DNA of 63,117 nucleotides, the filler included, from Octopus bimaculoides (lineage: Eukaryota), in the NCBI RefSeq assembly GCF_001194135.2. It is 4 parts of 3 records of this genome, joined end to end, with 100 filler letters (N's around TTAATTAATTAA, not from the genome) between each part and the next. Parts side by side here need not be neighbours in the genome. Positions count along the whole stretch, not along the records: positions 1 to 22,873 come from NC_068994.1; positions 22,974 to 51,706 come from NC_068994.1; 2 more parts are not named here. One strand, given 5' to 3'. Shown piece by piece: positions 12,505 through 25,199 of the stretch. The notes beneath the pieces were generated by a model, which saw nothing but the letters and a program-made list of their open reading frames with translations, searched no databases and was not told the DNA's origin. The number at the start of each line of letters is the position of its first letter. Position 1 is the first letter of the stretch. Made by a program: the position numbers and the translations under genes.

Positions 12505-14174
12505 ATTTGTCTGTTAACAACATCCTAAAGATGGAGCATTGTATCTTTGTTGGAAACCGGCTCACTCCTCAGTGGAAGATTTATAATAATTAAAAATAGA
12601 AGAGATATAGACATATTCAGAAATTTTCTTTATCTCAAAGCTTGGATCTCTGGTCACGGCAACCCTGCGGCGAGAACGGTTTCATTGTCTTGTACTCATT
12701 TGACACGCATTCGAGTTATGGGTTACAGTTCTTATTGGTTATGTTTTAATGTTTCCCTTCAACCAAAATAAAGTATTGCTTCCAGAAATTTGAAAATATG
12801 GAAGAAGGAAATAAGACCACTTGTACGTGTTCCCGGTTACTTCTTGGGATACAGCCAAAATTTCCAATCCACTATGTTACGAGTGGACTAATGATTGGAT
12901 AGCATACTCCAAGGCAGCCAAGAGAATCGGGGAAATCGGGACTAGAGTAATAGTAGATATAAACTGATCCGGGTTGACATGTACGTTAAGCAACAATACA
13001 AACAGCCAAAATAAACATAGCTGAATCATATCTGCAATGTAATGCAATCACTACTCACAAAATGTTGAATGTAAATATATTGATTTTCTAAGTCCTATAT
13101 ACCAATTTGATATTTGATTTGAGAAATAACTGTGGATGACTGAATTATTTATCTCTGACTAGGTTACAATGATATCATGAGCCTACAGTTCACATATGTA
13201 CACATAAATACACATATATACTTACACACACACACCTACACACATATGTATGGTATTTATTTAATTATTTATTTAATAAAAATAATTTATTTAATTTCAA
13301 ACGCATTGTGCGTCAGTTCCGTTTGTCCACTCATATACTATCATATAATATAACACAATATAGTATATATATATATATATATATATNNNNNNNNNNNNNN
13401 NNNNNNNNNNNNNNNNNNNNNNNNNNNNNNNNNNNNNNNNNNNNNNNNNNNNNNNNNNNNNNNNNNNNNNNNNNNNNNNNNNNNNNNNNNNNNNNNNNNN
13501 NNNNNNNNNNNNNNNNNNNNNNNNNNNNNNNNNNNNNNNNNNNNNNNNNNNNNNNNNNNNNNNNNNNNNNNNNNNNNNNNNNNNNNNNNNNNNNNNNNNN
13601 NNNNNNNNNNNNNNNNNNNNNNNNNNNNNNNNNNNNNNNNNNNNNNNNNNNNNNNNNNNNNNNNNNNNNNNNNNNNNNNNNNNNNNNNNNNNNNNNNNNN
13701 NNNNNNNNNNNNNNNNNNNNNNNNNNNNNNNNNNNNNNNNNNNNNNNNNNNNNNNNNNNNNNNNNNNNNNNNNNNNNNNNNNNNNNNNNNNNNNNNNNNN
13801 NNNNNNNNNNNNNNNNNNNNNNNNNNNNNNNNNNNNNNNNNNNNNNNNNNNNNNNNNNNNNNNNNNNNNNNNNNNNNNNNNNNNNNNNNNNNNNNNNNNN
13901 NNNNNNNNNNNNNNNNNNNNNNNNNNNNNNNNNNNNNNNNNNNNNNNNNNNNNNNNNNNNNNNNNNNNNNNNNNNNNNNNNNNNNNNNNNNNNNNNNNNN
14001 NNNNNNNNNNNNNNNNNNNNNNNNNNNNNNNNNNNNNNNNNNNNNNNNNNNNNNNNNNNNNNNNNNNNNNNNNNNNNNNNNNNNNNNNNNNNNNNNNNNN
14101 NNNNNNNNNNNNNNNNNNNNNNNNNNNNNNNNNNNNNNNNNNNNNNNNNNNNNNNNNNNNNNNNNNNNNNNNNN

Positions 14175-14213
<39 letters not shown>

Positions 14214-14559
14214 CATGTATAGTAAGTGTTTCAACGCGTTTTTAGCTAATGACAAAACATCTCATTGCTCGTATTTGTTTCCCTTGTACTCTAAGCTTAT
14301 CAGAACATGTCTTGGCAAAGTGTAGCAGTTAATCATGAATTCAATTTATGCTGCTCTCCTTCTTTTCCTCAAATATAGATATGTGACATATGCTTGTTGC
14401 TAAGTTTGATATCATAGAATAAACTAACTTAACATTTCAGTTTTGAAGCATAAAATCACAGACAAGATTAGATTAATAAACTGTCTCATTGTTTCTTATC
14501 GATAGTTTAGTTAACATCTGCCTGAATACATACATACATACATACGTACATACATATCT

Positions 14560-14612
<53 letters not shown>

Positions 14613-15391
14613 NNNNNNNNNNNNNNNNNNNNNNNNNNNNNNNNNNNNNNNNNNNNNNNNNNNNNNNNNNNNNNNNNNNNNNNNNNNNNNNNNNNNNNNN
14701 NNNNNNNNNNNNNNNNNNNNNNNNNNNNNNNNNNNNNNNNNNNNNNNNNNNNNNNNNNNNNNNNNNNNNNNNNNNNNNNNNNNNNNNNNNNNNNNNNNNN
14801 NNNNNNNNNNNNNNNNNNNNNNNNNNNNNNNNNNNNNNNNNNNNNNNNNNNNNNNNNNNNNNNNNNNNNNNNNNNNNNNNNNNNNNNNNNNNNNNNNNNN
14901 NNNNNNNNNNNNNNNNNNNNNNNNNNNNNNNNNNNNNNNNNNNNNNNNNNNNNNNNNNNNNNNNNNNNNNNNNNNNNNNNNNNNNNNNNNNNNNNNNNNN
15001 NNNNNNNNNNNNNNNNNNNNNNNNNNNNNNNNNNNNNNNNNNNNNNNNNNNNNNNNNNNNNNNNNNNNNNNNNNNNNNNNNNNNNNNNNNNNNNNNNNNN
15101 NNNNNNNNNNNNNNNNNNNNNNNNNNNNNNNNNNNNNNNNNNNNNNNNNNNNNNNNNNNNNNNNNNNNNNNNNNNNNNNNNNNNNNNNNNNNNNNNNNNN
15201 NNNNNNNNNNNNNNNNNNNNNNNNNNNNNNNNNNNNNNNNNNNNNNNNNNNNNNNNNNNNNNNNNNNNNNNNNNNNNNNNNNNNNNNNNNNNNNNNNNNN
15301 NNNNNNNNNNNNNNNNNNNNNNNNNNNNNNNNNNNNNNNNNNNNNNNNNNNNNNNNNNNNNNNNNNNNNNNNNNNNNNNNNNNNNNNNNNN

Positions 15392-15426
<35 letters not shown>

Positions 15427-15940
15427 GTATATATATGTCAGTGTGTGTTTGCATGTATATTGATATCTTCATGTATGTGTTTATATGTGTGATATTATTT
15501 TTAGTTGATCTCTACAAGTTATTTATTCCTATCGACTTCCGGGTAATCAAGATTGCAATAGGAAATACCGCAGTATTGATTTTCTATATATATAAATCTA
15601 AGAATACTATCCCAAATTCTTTATTTTGACCAATGCCAATAACTTGGAGATTATGTAAAGAATTGTATGTAATGCATACATCTCTTCTCTTTGCCGTCAC
15701 GAGGCCATTTCATGTATTCCCGTATCTGATACATAAATAAAGAGAGCTTATATAATATTCGAATCGGTATCCTTGAAGATGCACTGTCGCAACTGGGATC
15801 GCCTGATTGACATGACAGCGCGCAATTGTTCTGCAATCTCATGTCTGCTAAGTGGAAAGGTTACATCTGTTGGTTTGATTGGAATTACAAAATTAGCGAA
15901 CTCACTGACAATAATAGTTTCGATTACACAGATGGCGTGT

Positions 15941-16123
15941 TAAGGCAGCGAGCCGGCCGAATAGTTAACATACCGTGTCTTATTTAGTTCAAAATTCCGC
16001 CGAGATCCACTTTGGCTTTTATTTTTCGGGATGGATAAAATGAGTACCATTTGAGGACTGGGGTCGATGTAATTGACTTAACCCCTTCCCGAAATTGCTG
16101 GCCTTGTGTCAAAATTTGAAACC
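15941..16123 (+). mobile_element. SINE family D
   Basis: AGGCAGCGAGCCGGC...TTCAAAATTCCGCCGAG...GATAAAATGAGTACC...GCTGGCCTTGTGTCAAAATTTGAAA. Confidence 0.85.
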
Positions 16124-16324
16124 ATTATAGACAATGTAAGCATCTCAGACCTCACAGTAGATGCATTGCACAGACCTGGCAAACATTAATTTCTCAGCAG
16201 CATTATTCATGGAATTTTGATTATTGAAGTACATCAGCTGATTCTCCTGAAGATTCCAATAAAATTTAATATTTTACAGGACAGTGAGCCACCTCTTACT
16301 GATCCACTGCAAAGTCTATTAGTT

Positions 16325-16730
16325 TATGGTTAGCCCACAATTCTCCGCAAGAAGCATGGGGCTGGTTCCTCGGTTTTTCTAGCGTATATATCCCTCCCTG
16401 TAATCCGTACTTAAGAAAAATACTCTTACAGGAGGAAGGAACAATGTGAGTACTAATAATGACCCCGCATGCAGAACCAGAAAAGATAATATGGCATGTA
16501 ACTCTAGAGGGAAAAATAAATGCAACTTTAGTAACTGCATGGCAAAGAACGTTGTTTACAAATGTGAAGTGAAGGCGAGTGCACTAAAATATGTGTACAT
16601 TGGTGGGACCGGAGACACCATGAAAAATCGTTTGCGCTACCATCTTACGTAGTTTACCAATAGATGAAAAGCCACTGCACATCATTATCTAACATCATCT
16701 GGCGGCTCAATCAGAATGGAGTGGCACATA
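16325..16730 (+). pseudogene. Penelope-like GIY-YIG endonuclease fragment
   Basis: CNSRGKNKCNFSNCMAKNVVYKCEV...YVYIGGTGDTMKNRLRYHLT*F matches the Penelope C..C...VVY...YIG.T...R...H signature. Confidence 0.8.
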
Positions 16731-16899
16731 CAATCAACTGGTCTATAATAAAAATACGCGTGGTGATGCAATAAATATTTATAAATTCCATCTATGGATT
16801 ATTAATATTACCGCTATTATATAGATGGATAGATAGATATATACATAGATAAATTGAAAGGTTGAAAGATAGACAGATAGATAGATACATTATACTGTG

Positions 16900-17050
16900 T
16901 GTGTCTTTCTTTGTGTTTGTGATTTCCCCCGCTACCGCTTGACAACCGGTGTTGACATGTTTATGTTCCCGAACTTAACGGTTCGTCAAAAGACTAAGAA
17001 CCAGTCTTAAAAAATAAAAATATGTACTGTGGTCGTTTCGTTCGACTAAC
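16900..17050 (+). mobile_element. SINE family A, 3' part
   Basis: GCTTGACAACCGGTGTTG...GAACTTAACGGTTCGTCAAAAGA matches the 3' half of family A. Confidence 0.7.
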
Positions 17051-18483
17051 ATTCTTCTTGACTGGAACAAGTGAATGACGATATGAAAAAAAAGAAGGAA
17101 TATAGCTTCGCTGATGGACTGTTTTAAGTAATTCGATTGATGAAGAATATCCCTCCATTTTCACATCCAGGAATTCAATTCCATTCTCATTTTACTGAAC
17201 CCTATGAAAAATAGTAAAAAGGCTGTCCAAGGTCTGCTAGTGAATCACGGTTCTTTGTCTTTGAGACATGCTACCAATATGTGAAAAAAAGCTTAGTATT
17301 GCCTTTATGTCTCTTCACCATTTGAGTTCCTAATTCCACAGAGGTCGATCTTGCTTTGCATCTGTCTTCAATTGCAGAAGTCGGCTGCTAAGTTCAAACT
17401 AATTGACCTTCCACAGCAAAAGGTAGTCCAACATCCTTTGTGGCTTTTTCCTTCAGTAGAGATCTTTGTTGTTTAGTTATGCTCTGTTCGTAAACTCTAA
17501 TGCAATATTCTTAACACAATCCACATCATCGTGACCAAAAAACAAAGCACTCTCTATGAAAATGGTAAGTATTCTATGTTTTGTTTGACAAAAGATGTAG
17601 ATACATACCATTCGTGATCTATGTTCGAAAACAGCAAGGCATAAGACAAGGTTATATACTATGTCTTTTCTTTCGAATTTTATTTGGAATTTTAGTTAAA
17701 GAGAGTACTGAAAGTTTAAATGTTGATTCCATTTTGATGGAAAAAAAAAAAAGATTAAAACTAAATTTAAAGTTGTTTTATTCTTGTAATATTTAAAATT
17801 GTCTTTAAAACGTGGTTCCTATTGTTCTGGCTTTCTACACCAATGTTCCGCCAGGTAATTTCGAGAAAACAAAAATACGCAAGGTTTTGTTATCCACGAA
17901 AGGTCACCCAAATCACGAGCAGAACGCAGAGGAATAGAAGTATCTGGAAAGAGAGATTTTTGTTATGTTGATCTTCCTATCCTTTGTTGTCAACTTTGTT
18001 TTTTGCTCCTTCCTAGCAGAACATAAAGAGACTTCATAATGTCTATTTATTTCATTTGTTGCTGGACATCTTCAGTTTTGTTTTTCTCAACGAAACCATT
18101 TTGTACTTTGTTTTATATTTTTTGTTTTCATTCGGTTGTTGTTGATTTTTTAAACTTTTTGTTTCGTTCGTTATTCGGCTTTTCGTTGTACATTCATTTT
18201 GTTAAGTTATTGACATCTTTATTTTATTTTGTTTCCATAGCATGAAATATATGGTTGAGATCAATTCTGTTTGAAAATCGATGAGAGATTATTTTGCACG
18301 CAGAATTCTACGCTGTAAACATAATCAATTGCTATAAAACTGAACAAAATAAATAACAAGTTCATGTCTGTTGTTTTATATTCTGCATCTACATATATCT
18401 GGATGAAAATTCGATTAGTTATCAACTAATGACATATTGTACTCTCCTCCATTCTTTTTTCTCTCCCTTTATCGTTACATTCA

Positions 18484-18519
<36 letters not shown>

Positions 18520-18758
18520 CCCTCCCCTTGCTCTACCTCTCCTGACTTCGGATTGCTGGTTGTTGATGTTTAGATTCAGTATATTATAGAAGCACATATA
18601 TGTATGCGGTGGTTTCTATGTGTGTTTTGTTAGAGAGCGGAAAGAGGGCCTCGAAAATGTGTAAAAGAGAGAAAGAAACAAAGCAGGAGAGAGGAGGCGA
18701 TGGGAGCAAAAGGTGATGTGAGATACAAATGGAAGGTGAGAATGTGAAATGTGGCTGA

Positions 18759-18793
<35 letters not shown>

Positions 18794-20708
18794 GACTGAC
18801 AGACAGACAGAATGACAGTGAAAGAGTTCAATAAGGAAATAAAAATATAAAACGTAGATATTGCAACCACGAGAGAGAGAGAGAGAGAGAGAGAGGAGGG
18901 TGGGGGAGAGAGAGGACAAAATGAGAGATGGCGTTATCACCAGAGAAAAAGACAAAAATGACAATTGTTACAGTAGCAAAGAGGGGAGAGAGAAGGAGAG
19001 AGAGAAGTAGAAAGATTGAGAGTGAGGGAGAGAGAGAGAGAATGAGTGGATAGCCGTTTGCTACCATCAGAAAGACAAAGAGGATGAAAGAAAAGCAACT
19101 GCTAACGGAAGAGCGTATACTGTATCATGTGACCAAATGAAAAAGAAAAACGTTGACGACATAAACTCGTGACCAATAGACAATAGAATTAAACAACATT
19201 GTTATTTAATTTGTCTGCTATTTATGTTTCTGAGCGTAAATTGTGTCAGTACAGTGTGCATAGTAACTATTGCATTGTGGGTATATCGTTGAACAACGAC
19301 AAGAGTGACTTTTAGTTATTCGTTTAAACAACATCGTTAAAGAAGTATGAATTCTAAAAGCCATCAATCAACATTGCTGTTAAATAATTAATATATAATC
19401 AGTTTTGATAAAATGCTTGAAAAGAATGTCAAAGGCAGTTTTTATAGGAAAGTAAAGTGAAAAATCATTCATAGAACGAGTGAACTTTGTTGATTCATGA
19501 ATAATATATAAATCGTTCTCTAAATATCTGTTGTGCCTTAGAGTTAATTAATAACACTTCCAAACGAAAATGGCTGTCAGAAGTGATTATATTGAAACAT
19601 ACAATGACTTACACAAATACGTCTTCGCGCTTCTACGTTCGCTATCACACTGTATAAAGGCTATCTTATATTTATTAAGATACGTATGATGTACTTAGAG
19701 AGAGAAATCTAAATATATATATNNNNNNNNNNNNNNNNNNNNNNNNNNNNNNNNNNNNNNNNNNNNNNNNNNNNNNNNNNNNNNNNNNNNNNNNNNNNNN
19801 NNNNNNNNNNNNNNNNNNNNNNNNNNNNNNNNNNNNNNNNNNNNNNNNNNNNNNNNNNNNNNNNNNNNNNNNNNNNNNNNNNNNNNNNNNNNNNNNNNNN
19901 NNNNNNNNNNNNNNNNNNNNNNNNNNNNNNNNNNNNNNNNNNNNNNNNNNNNNNNNNNNNNNNNNNNNNNNNNNNNNNNNNNNNNNNNNNNNNNNNNNNN
20001 NNNNNNNNNNNNNNNNNNNNNNNNNNNNNNNNNNNNNNNNNNNNNNNNNNNNNNNNNNNNNNNNNNNNNNNNNNNNNNNNNNNNNNNNNNNNNNNNNNNN
20101 NNNNNNNNNNNNNNNNNNNNNNNNNNNNNNNNNNNNNNNNNNNNNNNNNNNNNNNNNNNNNNNNNNNNNNNNNNNNNNNNNNNNNNNNNNNNNNNNNNNN
20201 NNNNNNNNNNNNNNNNNNNNNNNNNNNNNNNNNNNNNNNNNNNNNNNNNNNNNNNNNNNNNNNNNNNNNNNNNNNNNNNNNNNNNNNNNNNNNNNNNNNN
20301 NNNNNNNNNNNNNNNNNNNNNNNNNNNNNNNNNNNNNNNNNNNNNNNNNNNNNNNNNNNNNNNNNNNNNNNNNNNNNNNNNNNNNNNNNNNNNNNNNNNN
20401 NNNNNNNNNNNNNNNNNNNNNNNNNNNNNNNNNNNNNNNNNNNNNNNNNNNNNNNNNNNNNNNNNNNNNNNNNNNNNNNNNNNNNNNNNNNNNNNNNNNN
20501 NNNNNNNNNNNNNNNNNNNNNNNNNNNNNNNNNNNNNNNNNNNNNNNNNNNNNNNNNNNNNNNNNNNNNNNNNNNNNNNNNNNNNNNNNNNNNNNNNNNN
20601 NNNNNNNNNNNNNNNNNNNNNNNNNNNNNNNNNNNNNNNNNNNNNNNNNNNNNNNNNNNNNNNNNNNNNNNNNNNNNNNNNNNNNNNNNNNNNNNNNNNN
20701 NNNNNNNN

Positions 20709-20756
<48 letters not shown>

Positions 20757-21050
20757 GTATGTATGTATGTATGTATTCAATTTGTGTACGGGAAACGTTT
20801 TGAAAAAGCATATAAAGCTCCTATTTCGTTATAACTCGCTTGACCTCCATACTAGTAAAAATAGAAAAAATATCCCTCTGTGGTACATCGACTAAATATA
20901 TACCGCCTGAAGAAGTGAATCAATGATGATGATTCTACAGACTACACTGTGCTCATGCCAGGAACATGGAGTGTGATTTTAAGAGTCGTGAGATTCGTGG
21001 AAACGCGCGTAGCAATTCTATAACTGTTTATAAATTCCCGCCTAGGGTTA

Positions 21051-21055
<5 letters not shown>

Positions 21056-21142
<87 letters not shown>

Positions 21143-21143
21143 G
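21056..21143. repeat. (ATT)n microsatellite; TAA tail of the adjacent minus-strand element
   Basis: Direct observation. Confidence 0.95.
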
Positions 21144-21415
21144 TCATTGCTTTTGCACGGCGTCAGCTGTTCACTACCAGTGTACTAAGGTAACACCTCT
21201 TATTTTTCGAGCACCTTACGGAGTATTTGAGCGGTTCCAAGCAGTACTGATTTCTCCAAGTGCTTATTGCAACCCCTATTTGTTCCACGTACTTCTCGAG
21301 ATTTTTTGCTCACTGTTCCCAGGGCTCCAACAATTATTGGTACTACTGCTACCTTTCTCATCGACCACAACTCCTTAACATCCCAAGCTAACCTGTCATA
21401 TCTCTCAACTTTTCA
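21144..21415 (-). mobile_element. R4/Dong-like element 3' end (same family as 5225-5445)
   Basis: KVERYDRLAWDVKELWSMRKVAVVPIIVGALGTVSK.LEKYVEQIG...LLGTAQILRKVLEK*, then a short 3' UTR and (TAA)n. Confidence 0.85.
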
Positions 21416-21416
21416 T

Positions 21417-21490
21417 CATCTTCTTCTTCTTCTTCTTCTTCTTCTTCTTCTTCTTCTTCTTCTTCTTCTTCTTCTTCTTCTTCTTCTTCT
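21417..21490. repeat. (CTT)n microsatellite
   Basis: Direct observation. Confidence 0.95.
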
Positions 21491-21862
21491 CCCTGAATAA
21501 GGGTTGTTTGAGGAAGATTAACGAAACTGCCGTCAGTAATGAATTATTCAAACCCCAAAGAATTCCTCTCCACACATGGTCATAATGCTCCCCACTCTAC
21601 TCGCTGCTGGTGATCAGAGATACATATGTCTTCAGCCACCAAGGGACATGCTCAACTGGCTAAGGGGAAGTAATTGACCAGAAAATCTATAGAATTCAGG
21701 GTGATATTTCCGTAGCCCATCTTTTACACCAACACAAACCATATACATAACATTTTCAATCAGAGAGGCGCCGCATGATATTGCATCAAACCATTATTAT
21801 TATTATTATTATTGTTCAGTAGTTTTATTTTTATAACGTGCTTTCACTTCACTACCGAGCGC

Positions 21863-21864
<2 letters not shown>

Positions 21865-21938
<74 letters not shown>

Positions 21939-21968
21939 CATCATCATCATTATTATCATTATTATTCT
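21865..21968. repeat. (ATT)n/(ATC)n microsatellite
   Basis: Direct observation. Confidence 0.95.
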
Positions 21969-22830
21969 TATTTGTTTTGTCGACGCCCCCAAGCGAAAAA
22001 GTAGGCTCGACCAAGACATATAAATAGAGGTAGTCTGACCGTGGTAGGAGTCGAGTGACGGTGGACTGGCTGTTGAGTAGAGATCATCCGAAGGTGCTAG
22101 ATAGCAGTAGCTTGAGACATAACATTATTTATTATAATTATTATTATTATTATTATTATTATGGGAGAGACATGGTGATCTCATATCAAGATAAACAGCG
22201 CATGACCTTGCAGGTGGGGCCCAGTTAGAATTTTCTTCAGGTCGAGTAGCCCATTCCGCTCAAAAGGTCCTAGTTTCATCATCATCATCATCGTCATCAT
22301 CATCATCATCAGTATTTGGTCAGCAAATTTGGTCGCACACTCACATACACAAAAACACGCATATATGTGTACGTATATAAGCGTACCAATTCTCTCAGCT
22401 TTCGTTTATACATTGTTTTTTGTCTGTTAGCGGCGTTTGGATTAACGTATTCTAACGCATTTCGTGTCTGTAAGAGATGGCACATTTATGGCTTGTATAA
22501 CGTTAATCTACATAACTAGAAAGCCAATAAATGTCAATTATGTTTAGCAATAGTTTCACATCTATAACTGTAGAATAATGATGAGATAAGGAACATTGGT
22601 TTGTACATGTAAGGAGGTCTTAAAACGAATATATCTATACAGTTACATGTAAATATCCACAATATACAATATCAATGTCTTATACACCGACAGTAATTTA
22701 TTTATAGATATCACAGTCTACATCGATATTGACGTATATGTTCGATTACGTTTCTCTTTCTTTTTCCTCGTTCATTCTCCTTCCCCTCCCCCTCTCACTC
22801 TATATATATATATACATATATACATATGTA

Positions 22831-22873
<43 letters not shown>

Positions 22874-22973
22874 NNNNNNNNNNNNNNNNNNNNNNNNNNN
22901 NNNNNNNNNNNNNNNNNTTAATTAATTAANNNNNNNNNNNNNNNNNNNNNNNNNNNNNNNNNNNNNNNNNNNN
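22874..22973. other. Artificial 100-bp scaffold linker N44-TTAATTAATTAA-N44
   Basis: The same construct recurs at 51707 and 61814. TTAATTAATTAA gives stop codons in all six frames. Confidence 0.95.
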
Positions 22974-22982
22974 ACCATTAGG

Positions 22983-23343
22983 TGTACTCCGCTTCCGTAC
23001 ATTAAATTTATTGAAGAAACAACGGAACGCAGATTCTGAACTATCAACACAACAATATTTATTACAATAGAATTCGGCAGCACTTCGATCTTTGGTTACT
23101 GAGACGCCGTCAATGAAGTTGCGTGGTTATTTGTGTAGCTCCAGAGTTGGAATGTTGGAGAGTGGCTGCTTACGACGTCTAGGCCCTTCGTCGGCCAGCG
23201 AAAGAAGAGGGTGAAAGAAGCGGGAACGTTTGGATATCGATGACTACGCATGCGCATGAGACTCTTCCTGTATTCCTTCCGGAACTAGTCCCATGCGTGG
23301 ATAAAAACTCCGGAAATGTCGTCTGCTATAAGTCGTCACTACA
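22983..23343 (-). mobile_element. Gypsy-type LTR (family LTR-B)
   Basis: Minus strand starts TGTAGTGACG and has AATAAA near the 3' end. It shares AACGGAACGCAGA, ACTATCAAC.CAACAATATTTATTA and ACTACGCATGCGCA with 30429-30752. Confidence 0.65.
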
Positions 23344-23362
23344 GACGTATCATAGTCATGCC

Positions 23363-23724
23363 GTGGAGGCGCAATGGCCCAGCGGTCGTAGGATCACAGT
23401 TTCGATTCCCAGCCCGGGCGTTGTGAGCGTTTAATGAGCAAAAACACCTAAAAAGCTCCACGAGGCTCTGGCAGGTGTGGTGGTGAACCCTGCTGTGATC
23501 TTTCACCACAACGTTTTCCCACTCTTTCTTCTTGTTTCTGTTGTACCTGTATTTCAAAGGGCCAGCCTTGTCACACTCTGTATCACGCTGAATCTCCCCG
23601 AGAACTACGTTAAGGGTACGCGTCAGTGGAGTACTCAGCCACTTACACGTTAATTTCACGAGCGGGCTGTTCTATTGATCAGATCAACTGGAACCCTCGT
23701 CGTCGTAACCGACGGAGTGCCACG
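23363..23724 (+). mobile_element. SINE family B, full length, 11-bp TSD
   Basis: tRNA-like head. ATAGTCATGCC is repeated at 23352-23362 and 23725-23735. Confidence 0.92.
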
Positions 23725-23815
23725 ATAGTCATGCCATTTAGCTCTCTTTAGTTTGGGGCCGCAGGCCCAATTATCCCTCCTCATTGATCTAAACATTTCC
23801 TGGGTACACAGTAGA

Positions 23816-24395
23816 AGGTAATGTTTATTCCCACTTTAACGGGAATGTTCTGTTGGAACAAACTTTACTGCGATATTTACCATGAAAGAAACTCTCATAT
23901 AAGATTTTGATTCAGAATGCACGCTTGCTTGTTTATATCGCCAGCGGAGAAATAACTTCCCATCAACTCCAGCGCCGAGACCACCAGATCACGTGATTTC
24001 GATCTTCTCTGGTCTCATTAGTGATGGACATTCGACTCCTAGAGATAGCAGCGACTCATCTCGCAGCCAGTGCCAGAACAAGCTAACTGACTAATCGCAA
24101 CACCAACGCCTGTTCTAGCACTGATTTTCCATATATATCGCTAGCGGGGAAATGAGTCCCTGCGATCTCTAGGTGCCGAGCGTCCATCACCGATGAGATC
24201 AAAGAAGATCGAAATCACGTGATCTGGGGGTCTCGGTGCTGGAGTTGGTGGGGAGTTAACTCTCCGCTGGTAATATAAACAAACAAGCGTGCATTCTGCA
24301 CCAAAAGCTTACGTGAGAGTTTCTTTCATGATAAATACCGCAGTAAAGTTTGTTCTAACAGAACAGCCACGTTAAAGTGGGAATAAATATTACCT
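23816..24395. mobile_element. Fold-back (palindromic) MITE-like element, ~270-bp arms, 24-nt loop
   Basis: GTAATGTTTATTCCCACTTTAACG pairs with CGTTAAAGTGGGAATAAATATTAC. Pairing continues inward to GAACAAGC/GCCTGTTC around loop 24084-24107. Confidence 0.9.
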
Positions 24396-24447
24396 CTCGG
24401 TATTAATACTGCTTCTGTTGCTAATATATATATATATTTTAACAGTA

Positions 24448-24977
24448 GAAGGTGTTCAAGCTAAATTTGATATTTCACGGCTTCCTTTTCAGCTCGATAT
24501 ATTTGATATTTCATGCTTTCGTTTTCAGGAACAGCTCGAAATATAAAATTTATAGTTGAGTTAACAGACATGGTAGATTGGAAGCTGTCTGAATATTGGA
24601 AAAGAGTTACTGTATCATGATGATTCACGCCGGGTATCAAAATGTTGACATCATGATTGCTGCTCAATGTTCTGTGAATATTGTAAAGGCTGTAAGACGT
24701 GATATGGACAGCTGCAACGGAGACTACAAAACCGTGGTGAACATGAGGGGATACGGCAGGCGTTCTGACTGAGTCTGTACACTGGAGTTCGTCCTTCAAC
24801 TGTAGGGTAGGGCCTTAGGCTCAATTCAGACGGCCCTGTGAAGCTGCTTGAAACTGTTATCTCTCAACCTAATCTACTTGACATTAAAAAATTTGTTTTT
24901 AATACTTTTATTTTTGGATGAGATATTGTGTTTCTTTTCTATTTATACAAACAGTCAAATTTAACCCAAGCACCCTG
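24448..24977 (+). mobile_element. Internally deleted Tc1/mariner-superfamily element
   Basis: Degenerate TIRs (TAGAAGGTGTTCAAGCTAAATTTGA versus revcomp TACAGGGTGCTTGGGTTAAATTTGA), TA-flanked. Internal MIHAGYQNVDIMIAAQCSVNIVKAVRRDMDSCNGDYKTVV..RRSD* resembles the N-terminal HTH of Tc1/maT-like transposases. Confidence 0.65.
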
Positions 24978-25199
24978 TACGTATTAAAATAAGTGAATTC
25001 TTTCTTGTCCAACTCCGATCACTTTCTACTCTGATTGCAGAATTTACTAAACAAATTAAACTTTTTGAAACAAGTGAGGATTTTCTTTCAGTTTCTTTAT
25101 TCCATCTAATTCCACTTACCCCATTCTCTCTTCTCTCTCTCCCCCTCTCACCCCTCTCTCTCTTTCACGCAAGACTGACAGACAGATATTGTTACACGT

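Noticed and set aside
12520-12575. Possible hammerhead relic CTAAAGA...GAAACCGGCTC after the RLE ORF
   Set aside because: The core G5 is mutated and stems I and II do not pair; too degenerate to call.
13297-15472. 300+ aa ORFs here and at 19.7-20.8, 29.4-31.8, 36.5-37.0, 47.2-48.1 and 54.7-55.2 kb
   Set aside because: They consist of N-gaps (X) and microsatellite translations.
15750-15850. Protein-like minus-strand stretch HEIAEQLRAVMSIRRSQLRQCIFKDTDSNII*
   Set aside because: No recognisable family, a weak acceptor, and several frames are open by chance.
17477-17564. Strong acceptor/donor pair (TTTAG|...AATG|GTAAGT)
   Set aside because: Stops occur in all three frames. It could only be a UTR exon, and nothing supports that.
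21056-21968. Regular repeat/spacer alternation resembling a CRISPR array
   Set aside because: The repeats are trinucleotide microsatellites of variable length in eukaryotic DNA, with no cas genes.
23363-23430. tRNA-like A/B boxes in SINE heads (all four families)
   Set aside because: No complete cloverleaf, and they continue into SINE bodies with TSDs, so they are not tRNA genes.
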